Source of the DNA: an uncultured cyanobacterium
Lineage (GTDB): Bacteria > Cyanobacteriota > Cyanobacteriia > Cyanobacteriales > Microcystaceae
Assembly (NCBI GenBank): GCA_963807635.1
Contig: CAWEDJ010000106.1
Span: forward strand, 1-49,479
Direction: 5' to 3'
DNA length: 49,479 nucleotides
The notes under the pieces are model-generated. The model did not search any database and was not told the DNA's origin. It saw nothing but the letters and a program-made list of their open reading frames with translations. The translations under genes were made by a program, and so were the position numbers. Shown piece by piece: positions 29,876 through 41,525 of this stretch (the first letter of the stretch is position 1; every line of letters begins with the position of its first letter).

Positions 29876-30824
29876 AGCATCGACAACTCACCAATCACTT
29901 CCAATCGAGTGTAATTACTGAGAGTCATAAACTGCTCGGACAAAATTTCTGCCACACTGGGTTGAAGCCAGCCCATTTGCTGTAATAAATAAATGGCCCC
30001 CGCGTATTTAGAGCGTTTGGAACCATCTAAGGCTTTGATGGCTAATCCCATTCCTTCTCCCACACGGGCAATACATTGAATGCCTTCGGCTCCCGATTTA
30101 CTGACCAATTCCCCTTCCGTTAAACGCATTAGCTCCGTATCAAAGGAACCTTCTGCCGCGACTAAACGAGGATAGTAGGTCATGGCCCGAATGACCCGTT
30201 CTAGGTCTAAATGATTCCCAGAGGCTAATTGGGCATACAAATGGGCCATTTGTCCGAGTTGCATAAAATAGGTCGGCGCACCACAGTCGTCATGGGCGCA
30301 AATCAGTTCGTCCCCAGGCATTCCCAACAATTCAGCCACTTTAGTTAAAATCAATTGTTGAACGGGATGGACGATCGCAGATAGGTATTCAGTGGCCATT
30401 TGCGTTGCTGACAAACGGCCAACATTCCCGCGTGTTTCCCTGAACAATTATGTTGGAGAGTGTTCTGTTTTCCGGAAGGAATGGGACATTGTAAAGCCGT
30501 CGGGTCAATATCCGCACGCCAAAGGACATTGAAAACCTGCCTTGCCTGTTCGGTGGTTCCGTGATGGGAGCTACAAATAATCGCTAGATCCTTGTCCGTT
30601 AGGCCAAATCGCTCTAGGGTTCCCGTACTGGTAACGGCAAAGGCTTGAAAGGGCTTGAGGGATGAGCGAATAAAAGCGGCGGTTTCGGAACTGCCTGCAA
30701 CGGATAAAACCCGGCCACGGTCATCGCAAACGGTTGCTTCAACATGATGAACGGATTCAACAATGCCTTCCCGTAATAGGTGGATTTCAATATTCGGGGC
30801 TTGGGTTCGTTTGCCTCTGCTCAT
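29872..30824 (-). CDS. L-asparaginase II family (Rhizobium-type), apparent frameshift near 30375
   Basis: RSSLKPFQA, CSSHHG, HNCSGKHAGML, DDCGAPT, SKSGAEG, KALDGS. Confidence 0.88.
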
Positions 30825-30910
30825 GCGTCTTTCTTGGTTAAATTTCAAGTTTTAGAGGTTAAATAAGCTGAATCTTTTTAATATTCGTTCAGGAAGTGGC
30901 GATTTTACGG

Positions 30911-31414
30911 TTAGAGAGCCAACCAAATGAGACCATCCAGACTGAGCAATCCCACCAACAGAAAAGCAGTTGTTTTGAGACGTTGCAAAATGGGATTAAC
31001 CTGATAGGCAACAATGAGCCGATCGCGGGTCAGAATTTCAGGAGGTTTTTTCCAGATTTGACCATCGTACCAGCCCGATTCTTCATAGATCACCTTGTCA
31101 GCCTGTAGGCGATCGCGAATATAGTACCAGCCTAGCAGAATTCGGCTCAAAACTAACGCCAGCATCAGCATTGCCCCCAAGCCACTCGCGAGGGCGAAAA
31201 ATACTGGTTTTTTCATCGGAGAAAAACTGGCCGCCGCGATCGGAGTCGCCAATAACCCACCGAGCAAAAGCACCCAGGATAATTTACGGACATAGAGCCA
31301 AAAATCTAGGGTTGCCCAACAACAAAGCCAGGATTCTTTCAGTATTTCATACTCATTAACGGGCTGTTGTTCTAGGGGAACGGGGCAATAGGTCGGTGAA
31401 GATTCTTGCATCAT
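30911..31414 (-). CDS. ycf36: CGLD27/Ycf36 (DUF1230) family membrane protein
   Basis: CPVPLEQQPVNEY, YEESGWYDGQIWKKP, RDRLI. Confidence 0.88.
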   Translation of the reverse strand: MMQESSPTYCPVPLEQQPVNEYEILKESWLCCWATLDFWLYVRKLSWVLLLGGLLATPIAAASFSPMKKPVFFALASGLGAMLMLALVLSRILLGWYYIRDRLQADKVIYEESGWYDGQIWKKPPEILTRDRLIVAYQVNPILQRLKTTAFLLVGLLSLDGLIWLAL

Positions 31415-31503
31415 GATAATTTTTTTTAACAAGTTTGAAGTTGCCAAGGATAGATCACCCAAAATTGCTTGTTCTTCATCTATTTCCTCGCGATTACTGA
31501 TAA

Positions 31504-31938
31504 TTAATGAGTTTTCTGAGGATCGAGATCTTCCAGGGAAATTCTTTCTGCATGGCTCCAAAAAGCTTCTAAATTATAAAATGATCGCTCTGTGGGCATA
31601 AAAATATGGACAATCACGTTGCCATAATCCTGAAGAATCCAAGATCCGTCATCTTTACCCGAAGGCTGTCTCGGTTTTCTATCGTAATCTTTTTCTGCCT
31701 TTTCTTCGATGCTACCCGCGATCGCCCTTACCTGAGCCCGCGAAAAACCAGAGACAATCACAAAATAATCAGCTAAATAGGAAACATCCGTCACTTTTAG
31801 AACCACGATATCTTCAGCTTTACGGTCATCGGCGGCCTGGGTAATCGCCCAAACAAAATGATCTAAGGAAAGGTCTTTTTCCGAAAGGGCAACGGTCAAA
31901 GGGGTAGGGGAAACACTCAACAACGAAGGATCGGTCAT
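31504..31938 (-). CDS. rsfS: Ribosome silencing factor (Iojap)
   Basis: AADDRKAEDI, LADYFVI, WILQDYGNVIVHIF, RSFYNLEAFW. Confidence 0.95.
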   Translation of the reverse strand: MTDPSLLSVSPTPLTVALSEKDLSLDHFVWAITQAADDRKAEDIVVLKVTDVSYLADYFVIVSGFSRAQVRAIAGSIEEKAEKDYDRKPRQPSGKDDGSWILQDYGNVIVHIFMPTERSFYNLEAFWSHAERISLEDLDPQKTH

Positions 31939-32424
31939 GAAATCTTTGAATTCCTCTCTTGTTTATTTAATTCATTGTAACCCCCAATTTCGGCTAAGGA
32001 GCGCGGGGGGGTGGATCTTTCAATAGCTTGGTAAACTGATCCTTCTAGGGTCAACTTAAGTGCTAATCCTCGTTTTAACTCTTTTAAGTAATTTAAGCTT
32101 GAATACTCTTGGAATAAACTCTTTTATAAGCTGAATTTTTCTTTTCTCTCTCTTTTTTGAGGACTTATTACCCTATCTATCTCTTCTTTATCTATTGATA
32201 AAGCCAATCAGCCTAAGATAAAACAGTTTAACTATCCTAAACTCCCTTTAATTCGATATGATTAAAACTGTTACTAAAAAAAGTTGATAGAGATAAAAAC
32301 TTGCGAAAATTAGATGGAATAATGGATGGATTCCCTATTGACCTTAAGAGCTTCCACTAAACGATGAATCCATCAAGATCCTTGTTAAAAAAGGTTTTCA
32401 GTCTTTTTTCGTAGGCAATTTATC

Positions 32425-33438
32425 TTGCACAAACACTTAAAAATAATAATCAGAAAAATAGTCAAAAGAGTAAACCGCTACTTTGCCTATATAGTCTCCT
32501 TATCTGCACAAATTTCCTGGGGATTAACCAAATCTAACTATATTGACAAACGATTCTTTTTGCCTCGCTATTATCGGGCGATCGACTTACATCAATCTCA
32601 GTTACCTCTTCTAGAATGGCAAGACCAAAAGATCGTTAATGCCCTAGAAAGTGAGGGTATTTATATGACTTCCGTAGAATCACTTAATCTTCCGAATAGC
32701 GTGGAATTTATGAAAGTGGCTCAACAAATGACGGAACTCTTACAGGATCATACGACACATCTTTTCCAACGTTTCCCATCCGAAAAAATTCATGAAGTTC
32801 ATGCGACAACAACACAAATTATTGATCATATTGACATTATTGCCTGGAGCCCCAATCAGCGCTTGATCAATATTGTCGAAGCCTATCTAAAGCTACCCGT
32901 CGCCTATGATGACCCTGCTTGTTTTTTAAGTGTCAATAATGGTGAGGAGTACGGGGCAAGAGCCTGGCATCGAGACCGCGAAGATCGACGAATGATTAAA
33001 GTTTGTGTTTACCTGAATGATGTCGATGAAGAAGGTGGGCCTTTGCAGTGTCTCAAACCCCAATTTAATGATTATGTTTGCGCCGCCATTAAGCATCGCT
33101 ATCGTTCGGTTTATCAAGCAGAAATGGATTCTTTGTATTTACCTGAATTCGGCGATGCGCTAGTGAGTTGTGTGGGAGAAATCGGTACCGTTATTCTGAT
33201 AGATACTGCCCGTTTTTATCATCGTGGGAAACCGCCGATAGATTCTGATAGAAAAGCCATATTTTTTTCCTATTTTAGTCGTAGCCCTTGGCATCCTTTT
33301 TTCTGTCAAAGATTTCCGTTACCTCCGAGGGAGATTGCAGCTCGACTCCCAGAACTGAGTCAGCAACAATGGGAATCAATAGACTGGAGAAAAAAGGTGC
33401 CTCAAGCAGTGAGATGGATTCCTAAAAGTCTGATTTAA
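32425..33438 (+). CDS. Fe(II)/2-oxoglutarate-dependent oxygenase (PhyH-like); start uncertain
   Basis: WHRD (HxD), KVCVYLNDVDEEGGP, DTARFYHRG, distal R. Confidence 0.75.
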   Translation: MHKHLKIIIRKIVKRVNRYFAYIVSLSAQISWGLTKSNYIDKRFFLPRYYRAIDLHQSQLPLLEWQDQKIVNALESEGIYMTSVESLNLPNSVEFMKVAQQMTELLQDHTTHLFQRFPSEKIHEVHATTTQIIDHIDIIAWSPNQRLINIVEAYLKLPVAYDDPACFLSVNNGEEYGARAWHRDREDRRMIKVCVYLNDVDEEGGPLQCLKPQFNDYVCAAIKHRYRSVYQAEMDSLYLPEFGDALVSCVGEIGTVILIDTARFYHRGKPPIDSDRKAIFFSYFSRSPWHPFFCQRFPLPPREIAARLPELSQQQWESIDWRKKVPQAVRWIPKSLI

Positions 33439-33466
33439 GGAGCAGAATTGCTTAAAAACCGTTAGA

Positions 33467-33566
33467 TAAGCTGTCACAAATTTAGATTGCATTGATTCTG
33501 TCGAAAGTCTTGTAAAAAGGGGCTTAAGCCCCTTGCCTGTCTGTATTTTGGATAATTAACAGCTTA
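33467..33566. mobile_element. MITE-like dispersed repeat family B, copy 2 (inverted)
   Basis: TAAGCTGT...ACAGCTTA termini; reverse complement of 17473..17574 with scattered differences. Confidence 0.72.
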
Positions 33567-33599
33567 GAATTAATAATTGGTTCAGCTTCTCTAGACTCT

Positions 33600-34127
33600 T
33601 TAATCCCTAGCAATGCCTAAAAAGTTGACCTGGGGAACCCGTAGGCGTACCACTAATCGGCGATCGGGTTCTTGCCCTTGGCTTTCGGTTTCGAGATCGG
33701 CATCTTTTTGTAAAAATCCATGAATCTGACGACGTTCAGCCGCCGAAAGGGAGGGAATTTCTACAGGAAATCCACTCGCTTTGACTTTTTCGCAAACTTC
33801 TTGGGTTAATGTAAGCAGTTCAATCTGTCGCCGCGATCGATAACCCGCTAATTCGATAATGTAAGTTGGTTGATTTTCGGATTCGATTCCTAAATGTAAG
33901 AGGGTGTTGGCCAGATATTGAATTGCATCAATATTTCTGCCATTTTCCCCAATAAAGGTTTGAATCTGTTCGGGACTTAGGGGCGTTTCATCAATAATTA
34001 ACCAGATTCCTGCTGACATCTCAGTGGCATCTTTTTCTTCTACTTTGACCTGGGTAGAGATTCCCATTAAGGACAATAATTTCTCTAGCCAAGCTTTTCC
34101 ACGTTGGATATTTTGATCCATAACCAT
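33600..34127 (-). CDS. jag: Jag/KhpB-like R3H RNA-binding protein
   Basis: IGENGRNIDAIQYLAN, LSAAERRQIH (R3H), SQGQEPDRRLVV; downstream of yidC. Confidence 0.88.
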   Translation of the reverse strand: MVMDQNIQRGKAWLEKLLSLMGISTQVKVEEKDATEMSAGIWLIIDETPLSPEQIQTFIGENGRNIDAIQYLANTLLHLGIESENQPTYIIELAGYRSRRQIELLTLTQEVCEKVKASGFPVEIPSLSAAERRQIHGFLQKDADLETESQGQEPDRRLVVRLRVPQVNFLGIARD

Positions 34128-34258
34128 CTTATTTAAAGTTAACAATCGCTCCTGGGGAGATTCTCTTTCAACAGGGGGAAATTCAGGAAATTTATTCAGA
34201 TAAAACAACCCTAAAATCCACTCCAATAAAGCCTGTGCTTAAACCTCTTAGAGGGCAA

Positions 34259-34286
34259 GGACATAAGTCTATTATGTCCCTACAAA
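34259..34286 (-). repeat. Free-standing copy of the family A core palindrome
   Basis: Minus strand TTTGTAGGGACATAATAGACTTATGTCC, matching 1807-1833 and 44259-44285. Confidence 0.7.
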
Positions 34287-34316
34287 CAGAGAGAGTTGCT
34301 CGTTATTCCCCATTTC

Positions 34317-35465
34317 TTAAGAGGTTTTTTCTTTCTTCTTACCTTTTTTCTCAAAGGGTAAAACCTCCCGTATTTCAGAGGCTTTGGCTTGTTCATCGAC
34401 GATTTTTTGCAGATTTTCAGGCAGGGGTTCCCGCATTAAAATCACGGTTTGTATGGTCTGGAAAACATTAGCCAAAACAATGTACATCAAAACTCCCGAT
34501 GGTAGGGGAAAAAAGAGGAACATTCCACTAAACAGGACAGGGGTAATTTTATTAATACTTTGTTGCTGTTGGGCGGCGGCATTGGGGGTTCCACCAGAGG
34601 CTCCTGAGAGTTCTTGGTTGACGTAGATGCTAATGCCGAAAAAGACAATCATTCCCAGCACGTCCCAGTTTACTTCGCCATTTTCTCCTGTTACGCCGAC
34701 TTGACCGAGGGCTTTGATAAAGAGAAAGCCTGTTTTGGCGGCAAGGCCTGGAATTGTGGCTTGGACAGTGGCTTCTCCTGGCGCGATCGCCTCAATGGTT
34801 CCATCGGGATTAACTTTAACGCGGTCTTCCCCTTTGGTGATGGTAAAAGTTGGTTGGATATTTTTTTCGTCTGCCGTTGCAAATAGTTGAGCGAGGGACT
34901 TTCCTTCGACGGTTTGTAATTCGATTTTAGCCTTGTCACCGATCGCCAAGGAATTTCCGCCTGGCAGAAAAGCGGCGATCGGGTAGTGAATCCCATCATT
35001 AACATAAATATTTTGAGGCTTGGTCGCAAAGGTCTGAGGAATAACCCTTTCAACCTGTTCTTTGGGCAAAATTTGTAAATCTACAGTGTAATTAATATCC
35101 GAAAACGGCGATCCTCTTAAAGTGGCAAAAAGAGCAAATAAAATCGGCATCTGGAGTAACAGGGGTAAACATCCTGCCAGGGGATTGCCAAATTCCTGCA
35201 TGATCTTGCCCATTTCTTCCTGTTGTTTGGCGGGATCATCCTTATAGCGGCGTTGAACTTCTTCTTGCCGTTCCTTCATCAGGGGTTGCGTAATCCGCAT
35301 TTTGCGCATATTGCGAATCTGACCTGCACTCAGGGGATAGAGTCCCAAGCGTATTACTAGGGTCAGGGCGACAATGGCAAATCCATAACTCGGCACAATT
35401 CCATAGAAAAAATCTAGGATTGGCAGCATGACATTGGTCGAGATAAATCCGATACCGAAATCCAT
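34317..35465 (-). CDS. yidC: Membrane protein insertase YidC/Alb3
   Basis: [38 protein letters not shown]. Confidence 0.97.
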   Translation of the reverse strand: MDFGIGFISTNVMLPILDFFYGIVPSYGFAIVALTLVIRLGLYPLSAGQIRNMRKMRITQPLMKERQEEVQRRYKDDPAKQQEEMGKIMQEFGNPLAGCLPLLLQMPILFALFATLRGSPFSDINYTVDLQILPKEQVERVIPQTFATKPQNIYVNDGIHYPIAAFLPGGNSLAIGDKAKIELQTVEGKSLAQLFATADEKNIQPTFTITKGEDRVKVNPDGTIEAIAPGEATVQATIPGLAAKTGFLFIKALGQVGVTGENGEVNWDVLGMIVFFGISIYVNQELSGASGGTPNAAAQQQQSINKITPVLFSGMFLFFPLPSGVLMYIVLANVFQTIQTVILMREPLPENLQKIVDEQAKASEIREVLPFEKKGKKKEKTS

Positions 35466-35582
35466 TCGCTTAGCTCTCAGCCTTTTAGTTGATATGAAAG
35501 GTAGTCTCTGTATGAATATACTGAAACATTGGACGGTTTTAATCTTTTGGTTGAGTCACCAGGGATTAAAAAATTTTATTTA

Positions 35583-35975
35583 TTATTCAGAATCGCTTCT
35601 CAGGGGGCGGCCTGTTTTGGCGGAGACTCTTTCTCCCATGTAATCATAGATCTCTCGAAATTTCGGTACAGCCCGCATTTCCAGACGACTTTTATCATTA
35701 AGGGTAATCACAATATCTCCCCAAAGACCAATACCACGAGGCACTTTGACGAGTTTACTAATTTCGCCATAAACAATATCGGTGCGATCGCGTCCCATCC
35801 AGCCACCCGTCACGGAAATACGGCGATCGGTAATCTTATAACGAAGCCAAATGGCGCGAACAACGGCGGCAACGGTTAGGGGCAGGCAAATAACGGTAAA
35901 CCCCAGCAGAATATTGATAATTAAATCCCCGATATGGGGGCCACCTTCGTAATAGGTCGTTTCTCTAATACCCAT
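35583..35975 (-). CDS. PH domain-containing membrane protein
   Basis: YYEGGPHIGDL, RYKITDRRISVTGG, WGDIVITL; sits between rnpA and yidC. Confidence 0.85.
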   Translation of the reverse strand: MGIRETTYYEGGPHIGDLIINILLGFTVICLPLTVAAVVRAIWLRYKITDRRISVTGGWMGRDRTDIVYGEISKLVKVPRGIGLWGDIVITLNDKSRLEMRAVPKFREIYDYMGERVSAKTGRPLRSDSE

Positions 35976-36321
35976 GAGTCATAATCTCAGCTTTGTTAAA
36001 TAACTGCTTTAATTCTCGCAAAAAATGTTCATATTTGCACACAATTCCACTGGGTAATACTACGATGATAATATTCCATCCTGGGCAACAATCAGGCAAA
36101 AGCGACTGAATAGCTGCCCGAATCTGCCGTTTAATTCGATTCCGAACGACTGCTTTTTTACTGACTTTTTGGCTAACGGCAATGCCGAAACGACTGACCG
36201 AAAGACTAGAATCCCGTAAAATACGGAGCATCAAACAAGACTCTCGATAGCGTTTACCCTGCTGATAAACGGACTGAAAATCTTTCCAATGCTTAAGTCG
36301 AATAGCTTTCGGTAATCCCAC
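35965..36321 (-). CDS. rnpA: RNase P protein component
   Basis: RFGIAVSQKVSKKAVVRNRIKRQIR. Confidence 0.95.
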   Translation of the reverse strand: MGLPKAIRLKHWKDFQSVYQQGKRYRESCLMLRILRDSSLSVSRFGIAVSQKVSKKAVVRNRIKRQIRAAIQSLLPDCCPGWNIIIVVLPSGIVCKYEHFLRELKQLFNKAEIMTHGY

Positions 36322-36371
36322 CCTTAACCTACGTCCGATGATTTCTCTGATGCACAGATTGACTCCCTCTT

Positions 36372-36509
36372 TTAGAGAGAAAGTTGATGCCGTCCTTTAT
36401 TCCGTCTAGCTTGGATTACTTTGCGCCCATTGACGGTACGCATCCGAGCGCGGAACCCCGATGTCCTTTTTTGTTTACGGTTTGTTCCTTCTAAAGTGCG
36501 CTTAGTCAT
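36372..36509 (-). CDS. rpmH: 50S ribosomal protein L34 (absent from the ORF track)
   Basis: Manual translation [52 protein letters not shown] upstream. Confidence 0.97.
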   Translation of the reverse strand: MTKRTLEGTNRKQKRTSGFRARMRTVNGRKVIQARRNKGRHQLSL

Positions 36510-36569
36510 GATCGGCTTCCTCCATAAAATACACAGTCTACCATGGTAGCATCAAATGGCTTGGGAAAC

Positions 36570-37118
36570 CTAACGATTAATGCTAATAATCCAGGTGCCA
36601 ATATATGTACGGACGGGAATATCCCCCGAAGCCATTGCATCAGCGACGAAGTAATAGGTTCCAAAGTTGGGATTGGTCACATTAGAAAAAACGATCTCTA
36701 CTTTGCTTTTGGGGGGGATGGGTTCTGCTAAATCAATTTCTAGAAAACGGCTTTCTTTGTCCCAAACCACGGGATTTTTGAGGGGAATGACTTTATCTTT
36801 TACTCGTACTTCAATTTGATCGGTTTTAAACTGACCGTCAAAATTGGCGGGGTAGGAAATATAAAATTTGCTTGCGCCTTGGGCTAATTGTTTAGAAGAA
36901 ATGTAGAGTTTATAGCGATCGCGTTGATAGGGTGCGCCACCGTACTGAAGATAATAATCCAGAATGTCTTTGCGTTCTACCCCACTAAAAATGGTTAATC
37001 CTGAATTTGAGCCTGCTAAGGTTAGAGTTGGAGCGGCGGCGGTCAAACAACCAGAAACCGCTAAAAGCGTGAGTAACCACTGGGGCGATAATTTGAATTT
37101 TTTTTGAAAATTAATCAT
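36570..37118 (-). CDS. DUF2808 family secreted protein
   Basis: Signal peptide, GLTIFSGV, VEIVFSNVTNP, YIGTW; upstream of rpmH. Confidence 0.8.
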   Translation of the reverse strand: MINFQKKFKLSPQWLLTLLAVSGCLTAAAPTLTLAGSNSGLTIFSGVERKDILDYYLQYGGAPYQRDRYKLYISSKQLAQGASKFYISYPANFDGQFKTDQIEVRVKDKVIPLKNPVVWDKESRFLEIDLAEPIPPKSKVEIVFSNVTNPNFGTYYFVADAMASGDIPVRTYIGTWIISINR

Positions 37119-37346
37119 TTTTTTACCTAAATTTCAAGGAAATTTACTAAGATTTCGTTAACATTTTTACCCTAACATGGAGGATTGGATCTGGTCAGAT
37201 GACCTTAACCAGCCTCAAAAGTGTCCTTTAATATAAAAGTTTCTTTTAATAATTAGTGGTTAGGGATTTTAAAAAACCTAAGCCCCTATCTAACTATCCT
37301 AATTTTATTTTAAAAAATTAGCAGGATAGCTGAAACTAGAACAGTT

Positions 37347-37897
37347 CTATACCAGTTGGGAGATCAAGGCGACTTCAATCTTATTTTTGTCGGTTTGTTC
37401 CAGATTGACTCGAATATCGGGGCCAAAAAATTTTTCGATTTTCTCTTGTTTTTCTTGCCAGGTTTCTAGGGAAATAAAAGGCGATTTAAAGATCAGGGTT
37501 AAAGCGTAATGGTCGGCGATCGCGCTTTCTTGGATGCTGACGAGTAGAGGTCTTTCTTCATCGGTGGGACTTAAACCCAAACGTTGTAGAGCATCATCTA
37601 GGTGAGCTTCTTGCGCCGTAGCGATAACGAGTGACATCCTTGCGAATTTGATTTTGGGTAGGAGTGGGCCAGTTTTTCGCGGAGTTTCAAGATTGTGTCG
37701 GGAGTGGGTTCACTAAAAGGAATAGGTTTTAATTCAGCCGCTTTTAGGGCTAATCCCCCCAATAATAAAGGAATTCCGTAGAAAAAACCTGCTAAATTCA
37801 AAGTTGCGTAATCTAAGGCATAGGCAACAAAACCAACGACCGTCAAGATACTACCAACGGTTAATCCGACCAAAGCCAAGGAAATTTTTCGTAGCAT
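37347..37897 (-). CDS. DUF2854 / APE1-like thylakoid protein, apparent frameshifts ~37665 and ~37615
   Basis: FFYGIPLLLGGLALKAAELKP; intermediate frame TPTQNQIRKDVTRYRYG; EAHLDDAL, KIEKFFGPD. Confidence 0.82.
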
Positions 37898-37949
37898 TTC
37901 TCTCCAAAAGATAATATTTAGTTTTTATTATCCTATGAAGACGGGGCAA

Positions 37950-37967
37950 TTTGTAACGACTTGTAAA
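37950..37967 (-). promoter_or_regulatory. Candidate HLR1 (RpaB) site
   Basis: Minus strand TTTACAAG-TC-GTTACAAA, one mismatch to KTTACAWW-N2-KTTACAWW. Confidence 0.5.
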
Positions 37968-38085
37968 GAGAATGAAGAGGACAGGAGCAAAACCAATTTA
38001 TTTTGGAAGACGACTCGTGAATAATTGGAATAGTTTAGATAGGCTAGAGATAACCCATTAATAGCGCTCAAAAACGAGGAATTTT

Positions 38086-38685
38086 ATGACCAGCCTGCTC
38101 GTCCAAAGCCCCTCCGTTCCCTTAACCGTCCATTTTCCTTTAACCTCAATGACGGTTGAGGAATTTTATGAATTTTGTTTAGCCAATCGGGATTTGCGCA
38201 TTGAACGTAACGCCAATGGAGAAGTGATTATTATGCCCCCTGCTTTTTCGGATACAGGGAATCGAAATTTTAATATTACAGTGCAACTAGGCAGTTGGGC
38301 TGATCAGGATGGTACAGGGTTGGGATTTGACTCTAGTGCAGGTTTTACCTTGCCCAATGGCGCAACGCGATCGCCTGATGCTTCTTGGATTTCATTGTCA
38401 CGCTGGAATGCCCTGAGCGATGAGCAAAAAGCCTCTTTCGCGCCGATTTGTCCTGATTTCGTGATTGAGTTACGCTCCTCTAGCGATACCCTGAGCAGTT
38501 TACAAGACAAAATGCAGGAATATTTAATCAATGGAATCTTATTGGGTTGGTTAATTGATCGCAAAAATCGTCAAGTTTATGTCTATCGTCCCAATCAAGA
38601 TATAGAAATTTTAGATAATCCTGAAACGGTTAAGGGTGATCCAGAATTACCAGGGCTTATATTGCAAATGGCGAAAATTTGGTAA
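38086..38685 (+). CDS. Uma2 (DUF820) family endonuclease-like protein
   Basis: FDSSAGFTLPNGATRSPDASW, CPDFVIELRSSSD, KMQEY, GWLID. Confidence 0.92.
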   Translation: MTSLLVQSPSVPLTVHFPLTSMTVEEFYEFCLANRDLRIERNANGEVIIMPPAFSDTGNRNFNITVQLGSWADQDGTGLGFDSSAGFTLPNGATRSPDASWISLSRWNALSDEQKASFAPICPDFVIELRSSSDTLSSLQDKMQEYLINGILLGWLIDRKNRQVYVYRPNQDIEILDNPETVKGDPELPGLILQMAKIW

Positions 38686-38694
38686 AGTGATCCG

Positions 38695-39300
38695 TTAAAA
38701 ACGGGGTAAAATATTTTCTAAACAGAGTTGTAGATTAGGAAATAACGGGGAGAAAATATTGGATTTTAAACGATATTGGGTCTGTTGATACTCTTCTCCC
38801 ATTAATTCGCAGACCGTAAAAGTTGGTTGTTTCGGTTTACCAATAAAAGCAACTCCTCCTAACCCCCGATAATCTACAATCCAATATTCAGGAATTCCTA
38901 AAAAAGCATATTCTTCGACTTTTCTGGCATAATCCGTTTCCCAATTCGTACTAACCACTTCTACCACTAATTTAATAGACTTTCCTTGGGTAATGATGGG
39001 TTCTTTGTGCCACAGAGGTTCATTGCTTAAGATGCTTTCGTCTAACACGATCAAATCGGGACGACGGGCTGTTGCAGTCTCAGAAAAAGGACGAATTAAA
39101 CAAGTACGAGGCATAAACCAGGACTGCTTACTTTGCAGCAACATCATGCCAATATCGGCCGCCAATTTACCGCTAACGGTTTCGTGATAGCCTGTGGGTT
39201 CCATATCAACTAATTCTCCATCAGCTAATTCGTATTGAGGAGAATCTGCATACCGCTCTAAAAATTCTTCCAGGGTAATTACTTTAGATGCTGTCAACAT
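38695..39300 (-). CDS. Uma2 (DUF820) family endonuclease-like protein
   Basis: YELADGEL, RRPDLIV, LVVEVVSTNW, KVEEY..LGIPEYWIVD. Confidence 0.92.
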   Translation of the reverse strand: MLTASKVITLEEFLERYADSPQYELADGELVDMEPTGYHETVSGKLAADIGMMLLQSKQSWFMPRTCLIRPFSETATARRPDLIVLDESILSNEPLWHKEPIITQGKSIKLVVEVVSTNWETDYARKVEEYAFLGIPEYWIVDYRGLGGVAFIGKPKQPTFTVCELMGEEYQQTQYRLKSNIFSPLFPNLQLCLENILPRF

Positions 39301-39410
39301 GAGATATTACCAACCATTAATCACACTAGGGTTATTGTAACCTCTGATTTTGAGTCGGCGATCGCGGGCTATTCCATTCTTATAGAGTAATTCTCAGGAA
39401 ACCGCGATAA

Positions 39411-40791
<1,381 letters not shown>

Positions 40792-40803
40792 TTTTTTAGC
40801 TAT

Positions 40804-40828
40804 AGGGTGGGTTTTGCTCACCCTTTTT
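40804..40828 (+). terminator. Intrinsic terminator after eno
   Basis: AGGGTGGG-TTTTG-CTCACCCT followed by TTTT. Confidence 0.75.
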
Positions 40829-40917
40829 ATTTAAACATGAAGTATTACAATTGGTTGTTTTACGCAACCCTAATTAGTTTATCTAATAAATTAATAATTG
40901 AATATAGCTTCTAATAT

Positions 40918-41502
40918 ATGACGCGATATCGGTACTCAAAAAATCAAAAACTAATTTTGTCTTGCATAACAATAATTGGTTTATTGATTTATTACGGTAA
41001 AGATAAACTTTATTTTAATAACGGTTCGGGAGGTGCTAATTGGAAAATTGGTAATCCGCAAACTAATTTTATAAATTCAAATAATAAGCGTACTTTGCCA
41101 GAATTGCGTCAACAAGCATTACGTCTGGTAAATCGAGATCGTCAAATTAACAACCTAAAACCCTTAATTGAAGATCCTCTCATCAGTCTAACTGCTCAAA
41201 AGCATTCAGAAGATATGGCGAAACGAGACTTTTATAATCACACTAATCTAGAAGGACAAACACCAACTGACAGATATCATGAACTAGGAGGAAAAGGGGG
41301 TATTGGTGAGAACATAATATATCAAGGTAGCTCTCCTTATATCGTCTTAAATTATGGTTTACTCGAAAGATTTCAAAAAAGTTGGATGTATTCTAAAGGT
41401 CATCGAGATAATCTTTTGACACCTGATTATACTAAGTTTGGTTTTGGTATTACAACTACGAACATAACTGGAAAAGTTTATGCCGTTCAAAACTTTCAAT
41501 AG
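40918..41502 (+). CDS. CAP/SCP domain protein
   Basis: N-terminal TM, LVNRDR, AQKHSEDMA, GENI, WMYSKGHRDNLL, GFG, VQNF. Confidence 0.9.
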   Translation: MTRYRYSKNQKLILSCITIIGLLIYYGKDKLYFNNGSGGANWKIGNPQTNFINSNNKRTLPELRQQALRLVNRDRQINNLKPLIEDPLISLTAQKHSEDMAKRDFYNHTNLEGQTPTDRYHELGGKGGIGENIIYQGSSPYIVLNYGLLERFQKSWMYSKGHRDNLLTPDYTKFGFGITTTNITGKVYAVQNFQ

Positions 41503-41525
41503 ATTATATTTTAATTGTTTTAACT

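Noticed and set aside
36372..37346. oriC next to rpmH-rnpA-yidC
   Set aside because: A DUF2808 gene, not dnaA, lies upstream of rpmH; no DnaA boxes noticed
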